A stretch of DNA of 62,463 nucleotides, counting the filler, from Choristocarpus tenellus KU-1152 (taxonomy: Eukaryota > Protista > Phaeophyceae): NCBI GenBank assembly GCA_964200185.2. It is 11 parts of 11 records of this genome, joined end to end, with 100 filler letters (N's around TTAATTAATTAA, not from the genome) between each part and the next. Parts side by side here need not be neighbours in the genome. Positions count along the whole stretch, not along the records: positions 1 to 4,157 come from CAXNAD020015927.1; positions 4,258 to 25,494 come from CAXNAD020000357.1; 9 more parts are not named here. The stretch is one strand, 5' to 3'. Below are positions 1 through 11,900 of this stretch, piece after piece (positions within the stretch are counted from its first letter, which is position 1; each line of letters opens with the position of its first letter). The notes under the pieces are model-generated. The model made no database searches. It had not been told where the DNA came from and was given only the letters and a program-made list of their open reading frames with translations. The translations under genes were made by a program, and so were the position numbers.

Positions 1-72
1 ATTGATTGTTCCATTACTCCATACATATTTTACCGTAACTGTCCGATAGAGTTGGAAGAGTCTAATCGAATA
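1..72 (-). mobile_element. LTR fragment shared with the Copia relic at 47668-47719
   Basis: catacatattt..gtaactgtccgatagagttggaagagtctaatcgaa is near-identical to 47668-47719, where it sits next to a purine-rich tract and a Copia RT fragment. Confidence 0.55.
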
Positions 73-354
73 CCCAAGTCTGAGTTGCCTGGAGAAGCGA
101 GCATGTATCTCACCGAGGGATTGCTGCTTAGATTCTGAGGTGAACCTCCGGTATGGACCAGGCAAGATTGTGAATGTGTTGTCCAGGTGGTTGCAGTGGA
201 TGTCTGTGAAGTCCGGGATGATGATCCGTCCAATCCTAAGGGGTGTAGTGATTGTGCGTATATGGGGAGGGGTGGTACGTGCTGGAGTCAGTGTTGGTAC
301 TGAGGCGGGGTCCTGGGACTGAATTGATGTCATTGCATTTTCTTTGGGATGATG

Positions 355-1650
355 TGTGCTACCTATTCCTGGAACAAGTGTTTGGTAAATGACAGATGTC
401 AATGTGTGGTGAAAACAATAACTTCTGCAAAATAGAGGGCGAGATGATCGTAAGTGTGCACGGACAGTGTGCGGTAAATTAAGAAGTGCATATGTGCGAT
501 TATCATGTCGCACGTGGTGTCAGTGTGAAGGGAAGGCACGGATTAGACATAATGGGTCAATGATATCTATTACGTGTTTAGTGTATGTGTTAGCGAGGGG
601 CGGGAGGGGGCAGTGTGTCGCTGGTGGCAAACAGGGACCGATTATTGCGAGTAGGAGGAATCATGCATGTAGTACATGAGTGAAAGTATCTTAGAGGGTA
701 CGAGTTTTGGCCTGTTTGTCCATTTGGAGCTTGACTTCCCATGGATTTTCTTAATGACATTTTCCAACTTCAAAATGTTTAGGAGTAGGTAAAATTTGTG
801 TCCGGAACATGGATATTGACACTTCCTAACAAACACGATAGCCAAAATTACATCAAAATCGCAACATTGGATTATGGTCCCCAAATGGACGCGGCTCTAC
901 TCTCTAAGATACTTTGGCTCACATGTGCTACCTATTCCTGCAACAAGCGATGGGTACATGGTCGATATTGATACGGGAAAGAAGTCTGTTGCCAGTGGCA
1001 AATAGAGGCCGATTATTGTGAGTGGGGGGGACAACACATGTCGTATATTTGCTACCTGTTCCTGTAATAATTGTTTGGTAAACGATAGACGTTAATATGG
1101 GGAAGAAAACGATAACTTAGAAATATGGGTTAGTTTGTCGGTTGGCAGGCTTAAGCAAAATAGAGGGCGATGATTGCAAGTGTGCACGGACGGTGTGCGG
1201 TTGATAGGGAAGTGCGTATGTGCGATTAGCATGTGGTGCGTGGTGTGGATGTGAAGGGAAGGCACGGATGTGACACAATTTGCAACGATTTCTATGGCCT
1301 GTTTAGTGCATTGGTGTACAAGGTGTGTACGGGTTAGGGTTGTTGCCAGTGGCAAACAGAGACCGATTATTGTAGTGGGGGGGGCATGCAGGTAGTATAT
1401 GTGCTACCAATTCCTGTAGGGTTAGGGTTAGGTACATGGCAGACGTTGATACCGAAAAGAAAATTAATAGCTTCGAGTTTTGCGCGAGTTTGCCAGTTGG
1501 CAGACTTATGCAAAATAGGCGGCGATGGTTGTAAGTGTGCACAGACTGTCTGTGCGCTCAATTGAGAAGTGCGTATGTGTGATTCTGACGCTGCACATCG
1601 TGTCAATGTGAAGGGAGTCACAGATGTGACACAATTTGAACAACTCACAG
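355..1650. repeat. Degenerate ~340-bp tandem repeat (3 longer copies plus 1 internally deleted copy), interrupted by a MITE
   Basis: Recurring blocks gtgctacctattcctg (~356, 925, 1050, 1401), aaatag(a)ggcg-atg, aagtgtgcac, gtgaaggga and ggcaaa-ag--ccgattattg in the same order. Confidence 0.7.
678..920. mobile_element. MITE family A (~250 bp, TIR GAGTSAAAGTATCTTAGAGGGTA), full copy with 4-bp TSD ACAT
   Basis: Inverted ends gagtgaaagtatcttagagggta / tactctctaagatactttggctc; ACAT at 674-677 and 921-924; the paralogous empty site in the tandem repeat reads gtagtatatgtgcta (~1392-1406). Confidence 0.9.
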
Positions 1651-1739
1651 CGTGCTCGCCAACGGTGCAAACCTACGTTTCTCATCCAATAACCAAGAGG
1701 CAAGGTCGTTTCAAGTGCGGCCACTTCCTTCCATCTCTT

Positions 1740-2512
1740 CTAGATCATCGTGGTTGACAAACATGGAGAGGAAGAGGTCCATGATCTGGTCCGTTTTGGA
1801 CTTGTTCCACAAACAAGCGGCACTGGTCTTGGGCAGTCTCTTGAGTCCCCGTTTCCTGAGTGGGATTTAAGTGAGGTTACGATATGGATTGGTGGGTTTG
1901 TTTCCCTTTGATGCTTGAATTCAATGTTGATGATGCGAACATCGGTAATGCTGCCACTTTGTTTGGATGGGGGGGCGTGCACAATATTTGGTCATGAAGT
2001 GTTTGACGGAGTAGGGACGTGTTGGGTGACACCCAACGTTCAACACGTCGACAAGAGGGGGTGTTGGATACATCGAGAGCCGAAATCGCCCCAGTTAGAA
2101 TATCCTGAAAAAGTGTGCATCGCGTATGCGGACACTCGCAATCCACATCAACAAGGTTTGAATATATCCCATGAAGCATGGAGGACGAAGTGAATTGAGG
2201 TAGTTTGTCGTATTGCAGAATGTATGCTTTGATCTGATTTTTTGGAAAACGGTTGACAAATGTTTGATGGGTGTCACCCTTGAAAATATTCGCGTATGGA
2301 TGTACCACAATTGACGTGGTGTCTGTCGTACGGCAAAGTATTGTGTAGGATGGATCTTTGGTGGAAGGGATACTGTACGTTTCATGCGGCGTAGGTCTAC
2401 ATATATCCCCAGATGCACATACCATTGTTTGTGCCTCCTTCTCTACAGGGGATATGAGATTGCGATTGAAATACTTTTTTGATCTCAGGACGATTCTTGC
2501 CTGTAGCAACAA
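1740..2512 (-). pseudogene. Intronless, apparently frameshifted ORF of unknown function
   Basis: 211-aa ORF (1877-2512) overlapped by an 80-aa ORF (1740-1982) in another frame; no splice structure; no domain recognised. Confidence 0.25.
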
Positions 2513-3965
2513 ATGCCATTAATTTTCCAGCTACGGTTAAGTCATAATCATCCTTTCTTCGATCAGGTGTTGCAAACGGCCCAAAATAAAACTCTCCAGC
2601 TATAGCATGAGTTTTATCTAGCCCCAGAATGCACTTTTAATAGTAGATTTTTTGTTTTTTTGCTCTAATGTTTTTAAAAATCCCATCTACTCTGTTCATG
2701 CATTTCGCTTAAATAAAATAAAAGAAGAAATAGAAAAGATCGATAGCCAACGTATCAAACGATATTTCTTGGGACTTGGTGTTGTTGTATTAATTTCTGT
2801 ATTTGCCTCACTTGGCGCGACATACACAATGATTAGGACGTTTCCACAACGTATTCGTATACAATCACCAAGCACTGTTTGAGTTGTTGGAAAATCGAGG
2901 AAAATGGATTGGAGGAGAGTACCTTCAAAGAAGTTGTTATGTGAACCACCGCAACTTTTGCCATACTTTGTCGTACAGTAAAGTATGGAAAAATTACATG
3001 AGGCGAGTGGATGAAGGAGGAGCGAAAAATGTGTTGGCATAGTTTTGGGATTTTAAGGGTCAGGGATGGTGTTGGGGTTGAGGCACAGGGTTAGGGTTGG
3101 GACAGGTATTAGGGTTGGGATTGGAAACAGAAACAAAAAGGAGTATCATTTATTTCTGATACACATCAGAGTCGACTTATCAGAGGACACGATCTTCGTC
3201 GTTAGGTTTCGTCCTGCTCTTGAGGGGAAGGCGTGTGTATCACCTATTCCGAGCTACGGTGTAACTGGTGAACACCACGTGCCGCTAATTTCCGTGCAAA
3301 TGTGTGATTCGGAAGGATATGGTGACTATATGCTTCTCTATGTCTAGTCTTCAAGCGCTAATCCCTCGTTCCGGTAATTACAGAACGCACAGGCTACATT
3401 GAAGTGTGTCTAGCTGCGATGGAGGCCTGCCCTTACCCTTGGGATGTCCTGGGGTCTACCCCTCCAGAATCCACGAATTCATTTCCGTTGTTAGCCAGAT
3501 CCCCTAGTGGCTGACGGGTGGCCATCCTGCATCTGCGGTACGATGGGTATGATCCTCTCGAAGAAATGCGATAATGAATCCTCTATATTATCCAGGCCCG
3601 TTGGTTTGTTGTTGAGTGAGTGAACGAGTGTGGGGTTAGTGGCAAATGTGGTTTGGCGAAAGTTTTTTGTTATGCACTATAATATAATAAATCAAATTAT
3701 GTTCAAATATATATATGAAAAAAAGATGTAAATTTGACGTTTTAACCTTGTCGTGCTAATGAAGAAATAGGGGATGGAGAGTTGTATATATATACAACTG
3801 TAACTCTATTTGTTCTAGTTCAACGTCATCACAGACATATATATATATATACATAAATTTGAATATATTAGCGAAGAGAGCAAAACTCCCCTTTATGGAT
3901 TTGCTATTTGATTCCCGAGAAAAAGGAACACTCGAACTAGCTTGTTTAGAACCCCAATATATATA

Positions 3966-4157
3966 CAGTACCTACCCCGATTTTATGCCAACTATTATGA
4001 ACCAAATCCCATTTTGTACCGCTTTTTTCGACATGCTAAAAAAAATAGGCTTTTGTACCGGAATTATCGTATTCGGGCGATTTGGCACAAAATCGGGGAG
4101 ATATTCACGCGAGTTTGGCGCGCGCGTAAAAATTTCTCGCGAAAAGTGCCTTTCTTC
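3966..4157 (+). mobile_element. Possible left end of a Tc1/mariner/pogo-type DNA transposon, cut by the contig end
   Basis: TA|CAGTACCTACCCCGATTTT start followed by CpG-rich subterminal sequence; only one end is visible. Confidence 0.35.
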
Positions 4158-4257
4158 NNNNNNNNNNNNNNNNNNNNNNNNNNNNNNNNNNNNNNNNNNN
4201 NTTAATTAATTAANNNNNNNNNNNNNNNNNNNNNNNNNNNNNNNNNNNNNNNNNNNN
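4158..4257. other. Artificial contig spacer (N44-TTAATTAATTAA-N44); same spacer at 25495-25594, 29235-29334, 33252-33351, 35941-36040, 38548-38647, 41876-41975, 47568-47667, 50806-50905 and 59003-59102
   Basis: Ten identical 100-nt gaps, each with a six-frame-stop linker. Confidence 0.98.
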
Positions 4258-5368
4258 TTCCTGGTTTTTACCAAAAAAGGGCAACCCCATCTGGCCCCCC
4301 CCCCCCCCCCCCCAAACATACTTTCGGTCCCTGAAACGTAGCAGCAGGTACATAAGGCAGATAGATCTAGGCACATCCACACTCTTGCCATTGCCTGTTG
4401 CACGCTGCCTTCCTCATCATTTAATATATCCTTCCTTTGGGTTGATTATTCTTGTGTTCTTCCCTTTGCATGATACACGTTCATGAGTGGTTTTTACGTC
4501 GGATGGACCATGTGTGACAGAGACTTCATTGTTTTTTACCCCTTCCCATAGGACCTGCCAATACTGACATCATTAGTGATGCCCTTTCTCAGGTATTGGG
4601 TTCTGTTCTGTTACGCCTAGGTCTCTCTTTGTTGCCCTCATGAACTACGTCAATTTTTTCTCCTTTTCAGATTTCAATTTTTTTTCCGGCATTTAATATT
4701 TTTATTGACAAGTAGTAGTGAAGTGAAGCATTTTCTCAAGTATTGTGTTCCTGTTTGTGTTCTTGGTTTTTTTTTACCACCTGTTGGCCACAGGTTTGGC
4801 ACACCTCGGACAAATGTGAAGACAATAATACTATAAAAATAGTACTAGCTATAATGTGATGGAAACCTCACCGTGCACATCAAAGAGTCAAACAAATAGT
4901 TCTTTCTATTCACCAAAATATCGTTCAATATTTTTATTCCTAGCGTCTTCACTTTTTTCTGGGGACTCCTTCAACCTGTGGTCAGGGTCCCTACTACACA
5001 TCGTACACTATTTCTCATATTAACTACTCCAACTAACTTTTTGTTGTGCTGCAAGTATCAATTGTACTACCTTCGTTCGTGCCTTGCTTCTGCCACATTG
5101 AGGAAAGCAATCCCACTGCGCCTCACTATGCCTCCTCCGTTGAGTCTTGGGCTGGACCTGCCTTAATGTTGCCAACTCCATCTTGGTCCCACGTTTTGCG
5201 GTATAGAGACGATCAGGTCAGGATGGTGCATGTCTATTACCCTTAGAGCTATAGTTTGGCACGTGGAAATGGATATTCGAAAAAATATACTGCACATCAC
5301 GGAGTATCAACGAAAAGAGGTTTGAGGTGACATCATTTATACAGGAAAAAAAGACCGCAAAAAACATA

Positions 5369-5440
5369 TGACCCTGACGAGATTCGAACTCGCAACCTTC
5401 AGGTCTGGATTCTGACGCGCTGCCGTTACGCCACATAGTC
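5369..5440 (-). tRNA. tRNA-Trp: tRNA-Trp (anticodon CCA), degenerate, possibly a pseudogene
   Basis: GACTATGTGGCGTAACGGCAGCGCGTCAGAATCCAGACCTGAAGGTTGCGAGTTCGAATCTCGTCAGGGTCA: 72-nt cloverleaf with A and B boxes and a downstream T6 run. Deviations: A5:G68 and A31:C39 mismatches, and A at position 32. Confidence 0.85.
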
Positions 5441-5722
5441 AACTTGATAGCAATTGTCCCTATATTTAGGTTTGTATATTTAAAATATATCAGAACTCTA
5501 ATTTGGGAGGTATCCTCTGCTTATACATGAAGCGAACAAACGATTCATGTGTAGAGTGCCTGACTTCTGAGGCGTTTTTTCCCACTCACTACAAAAAAAC
5601 AGTGCACTCTACGACTAACTGTGGAAGATCGTCTAGTTAAATTATCCAACATCAGTTACCGATGGAAAAATGGTAGTACGATCACACCGCGTAACTTCTG
5701 CAATGCAATATACCTTCACTCA

Positions 5723-5977
5723 GAGTTAAAGTATCTTAGAGGGTAGGTGTTTCGCCCTGTTTGTCCATTTGGGACTTGGATTCCCACGAAATTTTTATAA
5801 TATTTTATCTACTCCGAATGTTTTGGAGTAGGTAAAAGTGTGTATGTTATAAAAAGGTGTGTCTGGAACAAGGATATTAACACTAACAAACACGATAGTC
5901 AAAATTACATCAAAATTTCAACATTGAATTTTGGTCGCCAAATGGACGCGGATCTACCCTCTAAGATAATTTGACTC
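5723..5977. mobile_element. MITE family A, full copy
   Basis: gagttaaagtatcttagagggta ... taccctctaagataatttgactc; interior aligns with 678-920; TSD not intact. Confidence 0.85.
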
Positions 5978-6356
5978 AATCAAATCATCAAACCACACGT
6001 TTTTCAAACCTGATTTACCCAAACATTCCACTCTGTACACTCCTGAACCCAGTCAATTTCTTCACAATACGAGCCTCTACAAAAATGCATGGCCTTAGTT
6101 CAAGAAGAGCTCAACATTGGCATCTGGTTCAAAACCACAGAAATCCTCCAACTTCAACATTCCCTCACCACATACTCTGACGTTGTGTTGGTATCTGCTA
6201 TTGTGACCCTTTGGAGAGGAACCTACTCCTATGTTGGTTAATATACTCAGTTCTAGTTTTGTTTTCATTTATTATAACTATGTATTTTGCTGAGAATAAT
6301 CATAGATTAGAAAAAACGTAGATCTCCACTTTTTGAAGACTCGTAGCCATTTGGGG

Positions 6357-7023
6357 CGGGGCTTTTCATCAGGCCGGGCAAATGCGAGAGACCAGTCCGT
6401 AGACTGGACCGGTTACATTGTTTTGTGACATGTCCAGACCAGGTCCACAAGACATAGGAACCCGCATGGTCCGGCAGCTGGACAGGTTTCAATTTTATCT
6501 GAAATATTCGGAACAGGGCCGTCAGAGATCGTAACCGTACCGCGCCTCGAGTTGGTCTGTAGCCGTGTTAAAACAGAGATGGTGTGAGTCAGTCTAGTCC
6601 TATCTCAATTTTAATATCATCGTATGTAAAACAATACATAGAATACGAGTGAAGGTATATAAATAAGTAGTAGAAAATATTGCATTCAACTATTCCCACA
6701 ATATTAGGGGGATTATATGGGGACTAGGTCCAACATATTTTGACCAGACCAGCCCCTTTAAAATACTTATATCATGGCCCGTTAAATACTTTAACATGGG
6801 CGCCGCCCCGTACGTTGCCCTGGACCAATATGTTCGATCATAGTTAGTGCTTGGTGATCAACTCTTTTAACATGTTTGGGCCTTGGACTGACCTCGTACC
6901 GATATGTTCTAACAGGGCCAGTCCATGGCTGATAACTATTTCAACATGGCTGGGCCAAGGGCCAGCCCACAACCATGGTGCAGACTCTGACTATGCTAAC
7001 TGCCTGAACTGATGAAAGTCCTA
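6357..7023. mobile_element. Degenerate hAT-like MITE with GGGCC/GGCCC-rich subterminal motifs
   Basis: Inverted ends cggggcttttcatcag / ctgatgaaagtccta; many decayed gggcc motifs; related copy at 29727-30049; no TSD retained. Confidence 0.5.
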
Positions 7024-7582
7024 ATATATTTCTCAAGACTTGACCATGGCTGAGTATCTGTGGTGACTGACATCTACAATAACAGGACTAGTACTATGGG
7101 ATATGCCTCTCCTCCTGTTGAATGCATTATTGCTCCAAGCTCGAGAAAAAGCCGCAGTTTCTATAATCTATTGTAATAGTGTGGCGAATCAAATATCTCT
7201 TGAGTGTTTCATCGATCAGCTAAAATTGTCTCACTGGACTTAATGCATTGAAGCGTGCATACGAGGCAAAGCACACAGAGCATATAGCGCTGTGAATTGG
7301 CCACGAGGAATTATCAGTCACTATAAGAACGTTTGATGCAAATCATACAGCACATGTATGCACGATAATACTTTACAAATGAAAAAAAATTGTCTACGAT
7401 CTCAATTAGTCTTTGATTAAACAGATTGACATGATTGAATCTTTGCGACTCACAACTCTATAAACTAGACATAATAGTAGGTGTCTTGTCAAGTCAGCTT
7501 GCACTGCTGATGATCGCCTGCTGTCATCGTGTGTATCAGATTGAGACACAATTTTTGTTGTTTGCAACTACTATCAAGGAGC

Positions 7583-8052
7583 ATTACAGGTGAATAGCGT
7601 GAGAATTTCTTTCTGCACTTTAACCAGCGCGAGTAGAGTATGCACGTGTGGAGTCCCAAAAGGGGGAACTCCGATTTGCAAGGAGTTGCAGATAAAATAT
7701 GTAACTTGGGAAGGTCGCAACGGTTCTCAGGTGTATTCCAACATCTGTAAACCAAAGAAAAAAAATGGTAAATGATGATAAGAGATCCTAAAAATAGCTC
7801 CAAATGGCTCAGTTCCCAAAGGGCTCAAACACCCTAGGACGCACTCTTAGCTGATACCAATTCTCACATTCATGCTTACTGATTCATTAAGAGTACCCTA
7901 TTCTGCTGAGCTGACGTTCATTAACCTGTGGATTGGACCCCCTTGACAGTCGGAGTACCCTGGGAGCCTTGTACGAGCATCAGCGTCATCTACAGGCTTG
8001 TGGGTTGGAGCTATACATCCTGTGGGGGTAAGCTTCTGGAGCGTGCTGTAAC
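7583..8052 (+). mobile_element. Non-autonomous DNA transposon family C (GTTACAG...CTGTAAC ends, 6-bp TSD)
   Basis: attacaggtgaatagcgtgagaatttctttctg ... gcgtgctgtaac; flanks AGGAGC / AGGAGT; ends homologous to 37185-37701 and 37855-38343. Confidence 0.75.
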
Positions 8053-8960
8053 AGGAGTACTAATATCTCTTTTGTATCATACCACGTAGTAATACTTCAA
8101 GGTATTTCATTTAGAACTCTGTTCAACGCTTTCTTCATACCCAGCCCTGCAATCATGCAACTGTGTTAACAACTTTTTTTTCATTGAGTTCATGGTACTC
8201 ACATTTGTCATTTTTTCCCCCAAGTAGGGAATGGGAGTGGAAGTGGAAGAGCATTTTTTCCTCTGAAGTACTAACAAGGTATTGGGGGGCAACTGATATA
8301 TTTTTATCATTGTTTTAGCACTTAGATGACTGCACATACTACGTTACAGGCTAATATCGAAGTACACACCTATGACCATAAATCCTCAGCTTTATGTAGA
8401 GCTCTATCGACCACAATAAGAAAACACAATATGAGAAGTAGAGCAGTGCAGAGAGAACTTGAACAATGACAATGGTGCACCACAGAGCTTGCCTTGTGGT
8501 GCGGCCTACTATACCAAGCAACAAAACAAAGTCCATGGGTCTCAGGAGGGGGTGCTGCTATGCAGCACAGTTCTCGGCAAGAAGAAGAGAATTGACACCA
8601 CCGACTGCCGCATGTAGACCATGACCTCGCACTGTAGCTAAAGTCACTTGCTGGAGTAGTACACCAACACACTCAAATATCACCATAACACACTTCTCTT
8701 GATCTTGACACGTATTTGAGTGCATGTCTGTCACTAGTATCAGAGTACAAATATCTTGTCGTATACTCCACACAAACAAACCAACTACCTATTAGCCATT
8801 TGCCTGGAAGAGAAAAAAATATCTCTAAAACAATGAACAGCAGTTAACAAAGAGCTACCACAACTGCTTGTCCTGGCCAGCGGACACTCTCATCATCAGC
8901 CTCACATGCCACCCACTCTCTTCAATAATTTACCAACTCCACTAACCAAGACAGGCAGTC

Positions 8961-11900
8961 TTACACTTCTGGTTTCTTTATGGAAGAAACAAGGGCTACC
9001 ATTGAATCCATTTTCCTTTTGGCCTCCTTTGAGCATTCTAAACGGTGCCTGTGCTCTTCTCCCAATACCTCTATCTGTGCCTGCAGGTTGCAAGGGGAGA
9101 CTGATGTTGGCAGTGTGAGAGAGGGTAAAGGCTGGCAACAAGTTATATAATCATGGATGTAGCGTATTTTGCATTTTGACGTAGGAATTATCTGAGGAGT
9201 TCAAGGATGAAACTAATCAAAGTTAGGGGTGTTGAGGGTGAAGCTGATCCCCCCTCCATCGACAGCTAGTCAACATTTTCGCTTCCTGAACCTGAAAGCC
9301 TCCCAATACTAATGATCCCCGAATAAATGGTAAATTACACCAACTAAAGGGTCCAACTATACTTGAATGGCCAAAATATGATTCAATAGGTCAAATATGT
9401 TCCCATCCATATGGGAAAGGCTTTGTATTTACAAAATGCGCTCTACACTCCTCTCAAATCCTAACGCATTCCCAATTAGTCCCTGTGCATCCTTCACAGT
9501 ACAGAATACCTGCATCCTAATCCCCTGTCTTCGGATCCACCTCTGTGCAACACGCTTTTGCTCTGCCACCTTGCATTTTCCATTCTTGAACGCTTCTTCC
9601 AACCTCTCTAGCTCCCTTTCCTCTGCTTGGGCCCTGGCAGAACCCCTCTCTCCTCTGCCCCCTCTTCCTCCCTTACTTGCACCCCGACCTCGTCCCCTCC
9701 ATTCCCTCAAATCACGACGCCTGCTGCCCCTGCTCTGCCTGCTTGTGTCTCTACCAAATCTGCTACTTCCCCGTGGACTCCTACCTCTGGTACTTCCCAG
9801 GCCCCCTCCTTCGTCTGGAGTGAATGTGGGCGCTGTGTGAATGAGGCGTGACTGTTTCTCTGAGTTGTGCCACGGACTGAGGCCACCTCCTAAGCTATTC
9901 CCCATGCCAGGAATGAGGGCTTCAGGGCACTGATCACGTTTCTCGCCTAAGATTTGGGCCCGTATGGACGCCTTGTAGGTGTCGAACTCTTGCTGCATTT
10001 TCTCTTCATGAACAGACCAGTCCATCTTTCTTTGTTGAGGTTGCCCAAAGGGTTGTGGGAAGAGGTTGCAAAGCGGTTGGCAAATGTAGTCCTTGACATG
10101 TCCAAAAGTTCAGTGTTTAGTGTTTTTTACCGTGAAGGAGGTTTTCCTCGTTGGGAACAGCCTGGTGGTGTGGTACGATCCTCATGTACAATTTTACTAT
10201 CCCCAGTATCTATATGCTATGACGAAGTGCATACATAGACATATGTATGTATGTATGCACGTGTGTGTGCATGTATGTATGTATGTATGTATGTATGTAT
10301 GTATGCATGTATGTATGTATGCAGTTCGGGAGAAGATGAGATATAATTAATGAGAATTGAGATTCGAGAAGCGATGAGATAGATCTGGATTGGGAGCATA
10401 AATATCTCGAGGTGAAATGCAATAATTCTGAGCATCTTTAATCAAGTCAGTTTGGCTGTAGTTCCACTTCCCCAAGCAGTGCAAAGCAAAAGCCCCTTGG
10501 TTATCTTATTGGACTGCTGATCACAACTTGATGAAATCAACATGAACAAAGACTCCACTTGAAACCTTGGAAGATTCAGGAGTTCCTTTCTCCAACTGAC
10601 TACTTGAATCTTAAATCTCTGTAGTGCTTCACACTCTTACTGTGATTGTATCCTATGGAGGGATCACATTGCATGTAGTACAGAACTCCTCCAACGGGGG
10701 TTTCTCTACTTGCTGTAAGCCATGAAAGCACTCCTTAACAATACCTCCCATGCTGCGAATGTTCCTGCGATCTGGCTACTATACTGTAACGAGGAGATAT
10801 TTTTGTCCACCTACATTCCAAACTGTCCCGGTGGAAAACCATACTCACCTCTAGCTTCCGCAACTGAAGTTGGAAGGCATTGTTAAGGTTGAATCTCTCA
10901 TACTCCGCCCAGTTTGTTTCCATCTCATGTCGCATGTCTAATTCTCGCTCTGCAAACTGTTCTGGTGACAATGACACAATCCACCTCCGCCTGTGCATTG
11001 TGCTGAGTACCCTTGAAGAGGCCTGGTATGGGTCAGTATTTCTTTTTACAGATAAACTGCCTCCAACTGAATCCAGTTAGTCCATGCATGAACAATGTAC
11101 CAAGTACATATATGCATGAGAAGGGGCAATGGTTAGTGCAGTTTGCATAAATATGTGTGTACGTGGAGTATTTTCTAGTGTTTTGTGTATCGTAAGTGAT
11201 GCCAACATTGACTGGGTAGTGGAGATTGCAGGGTGAATTCATCCTACTAGTGGTCTAATGCATGGCTGTAAACTATTGTATTGGTGTAAGGTGTGAAGTA
11301 GCTATTTTACATTGCATTGCCTACCTCTCAGTCTTGATATCACTCAGAATCTAGGTGTACTTATCAGGAATAAGGACAATTGCTACTAACATTTACAATG
11401 CAGAGCTGGCAGCCCCTGTTTGTCACGTCAGCTATATGGTTTGGTACACTGGTAGAGACTGTTTATGCGCTGTGTAGGGGGTAAGGGGGGGCAGTAAGAA
11501 TATGTATGTACTTGATCTCCTCCGACGTACCTAGCCCCTTCTGTCAACATCAGATAAAATGCCATTGCAATGGCTTAAGTAAAAAAAATGGTTCTGAAAG
11601 TAGTTGGTGGAAGTTCTCTTGTTTCTCACTAGACCAAGGTTCGGTTGCACCTTTTGCATGCCTTCAGAAGCCAGACAGATTGTTCACAACCAAATTGAAT
11701 AAAATAATAATTTTGCAAGTAGTTCAATCAGCTATTTGATCTACTGATTTAGCTCCTCGTCCTCATGGCTTGCCTCCATGCCTTGTCCATCCCTTCCATT
11801 CAATCCAATATATACTCCTAAAATATCATGAAAAATGGGGTTACCTTCAGGGCATTCTGTGCCTGCTTCTACTGCAGTGTCCCCTGAACTAACCCATCCA

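Noticed and set aside
4552-4860. Two possible terminal exons on the plus strand at the start of contig 2
   Set aside because: Too short and no homology recognised; cannot be supported.
7005-7045. CTGATGA followed by a short stem (hammerhead ribozyme-like); also CTGATGA in the 33088-33251 minisatellite
   Set aside because: No GAAA after the putative stem II. The first is simply the right TIR of the hAT-like MITE.
9397-9851. 147-aa Leu/Pro-rich ORF on the plus strand
   Set aside because: Antisense shadow of the purine-rich RG exon on the minus strand.
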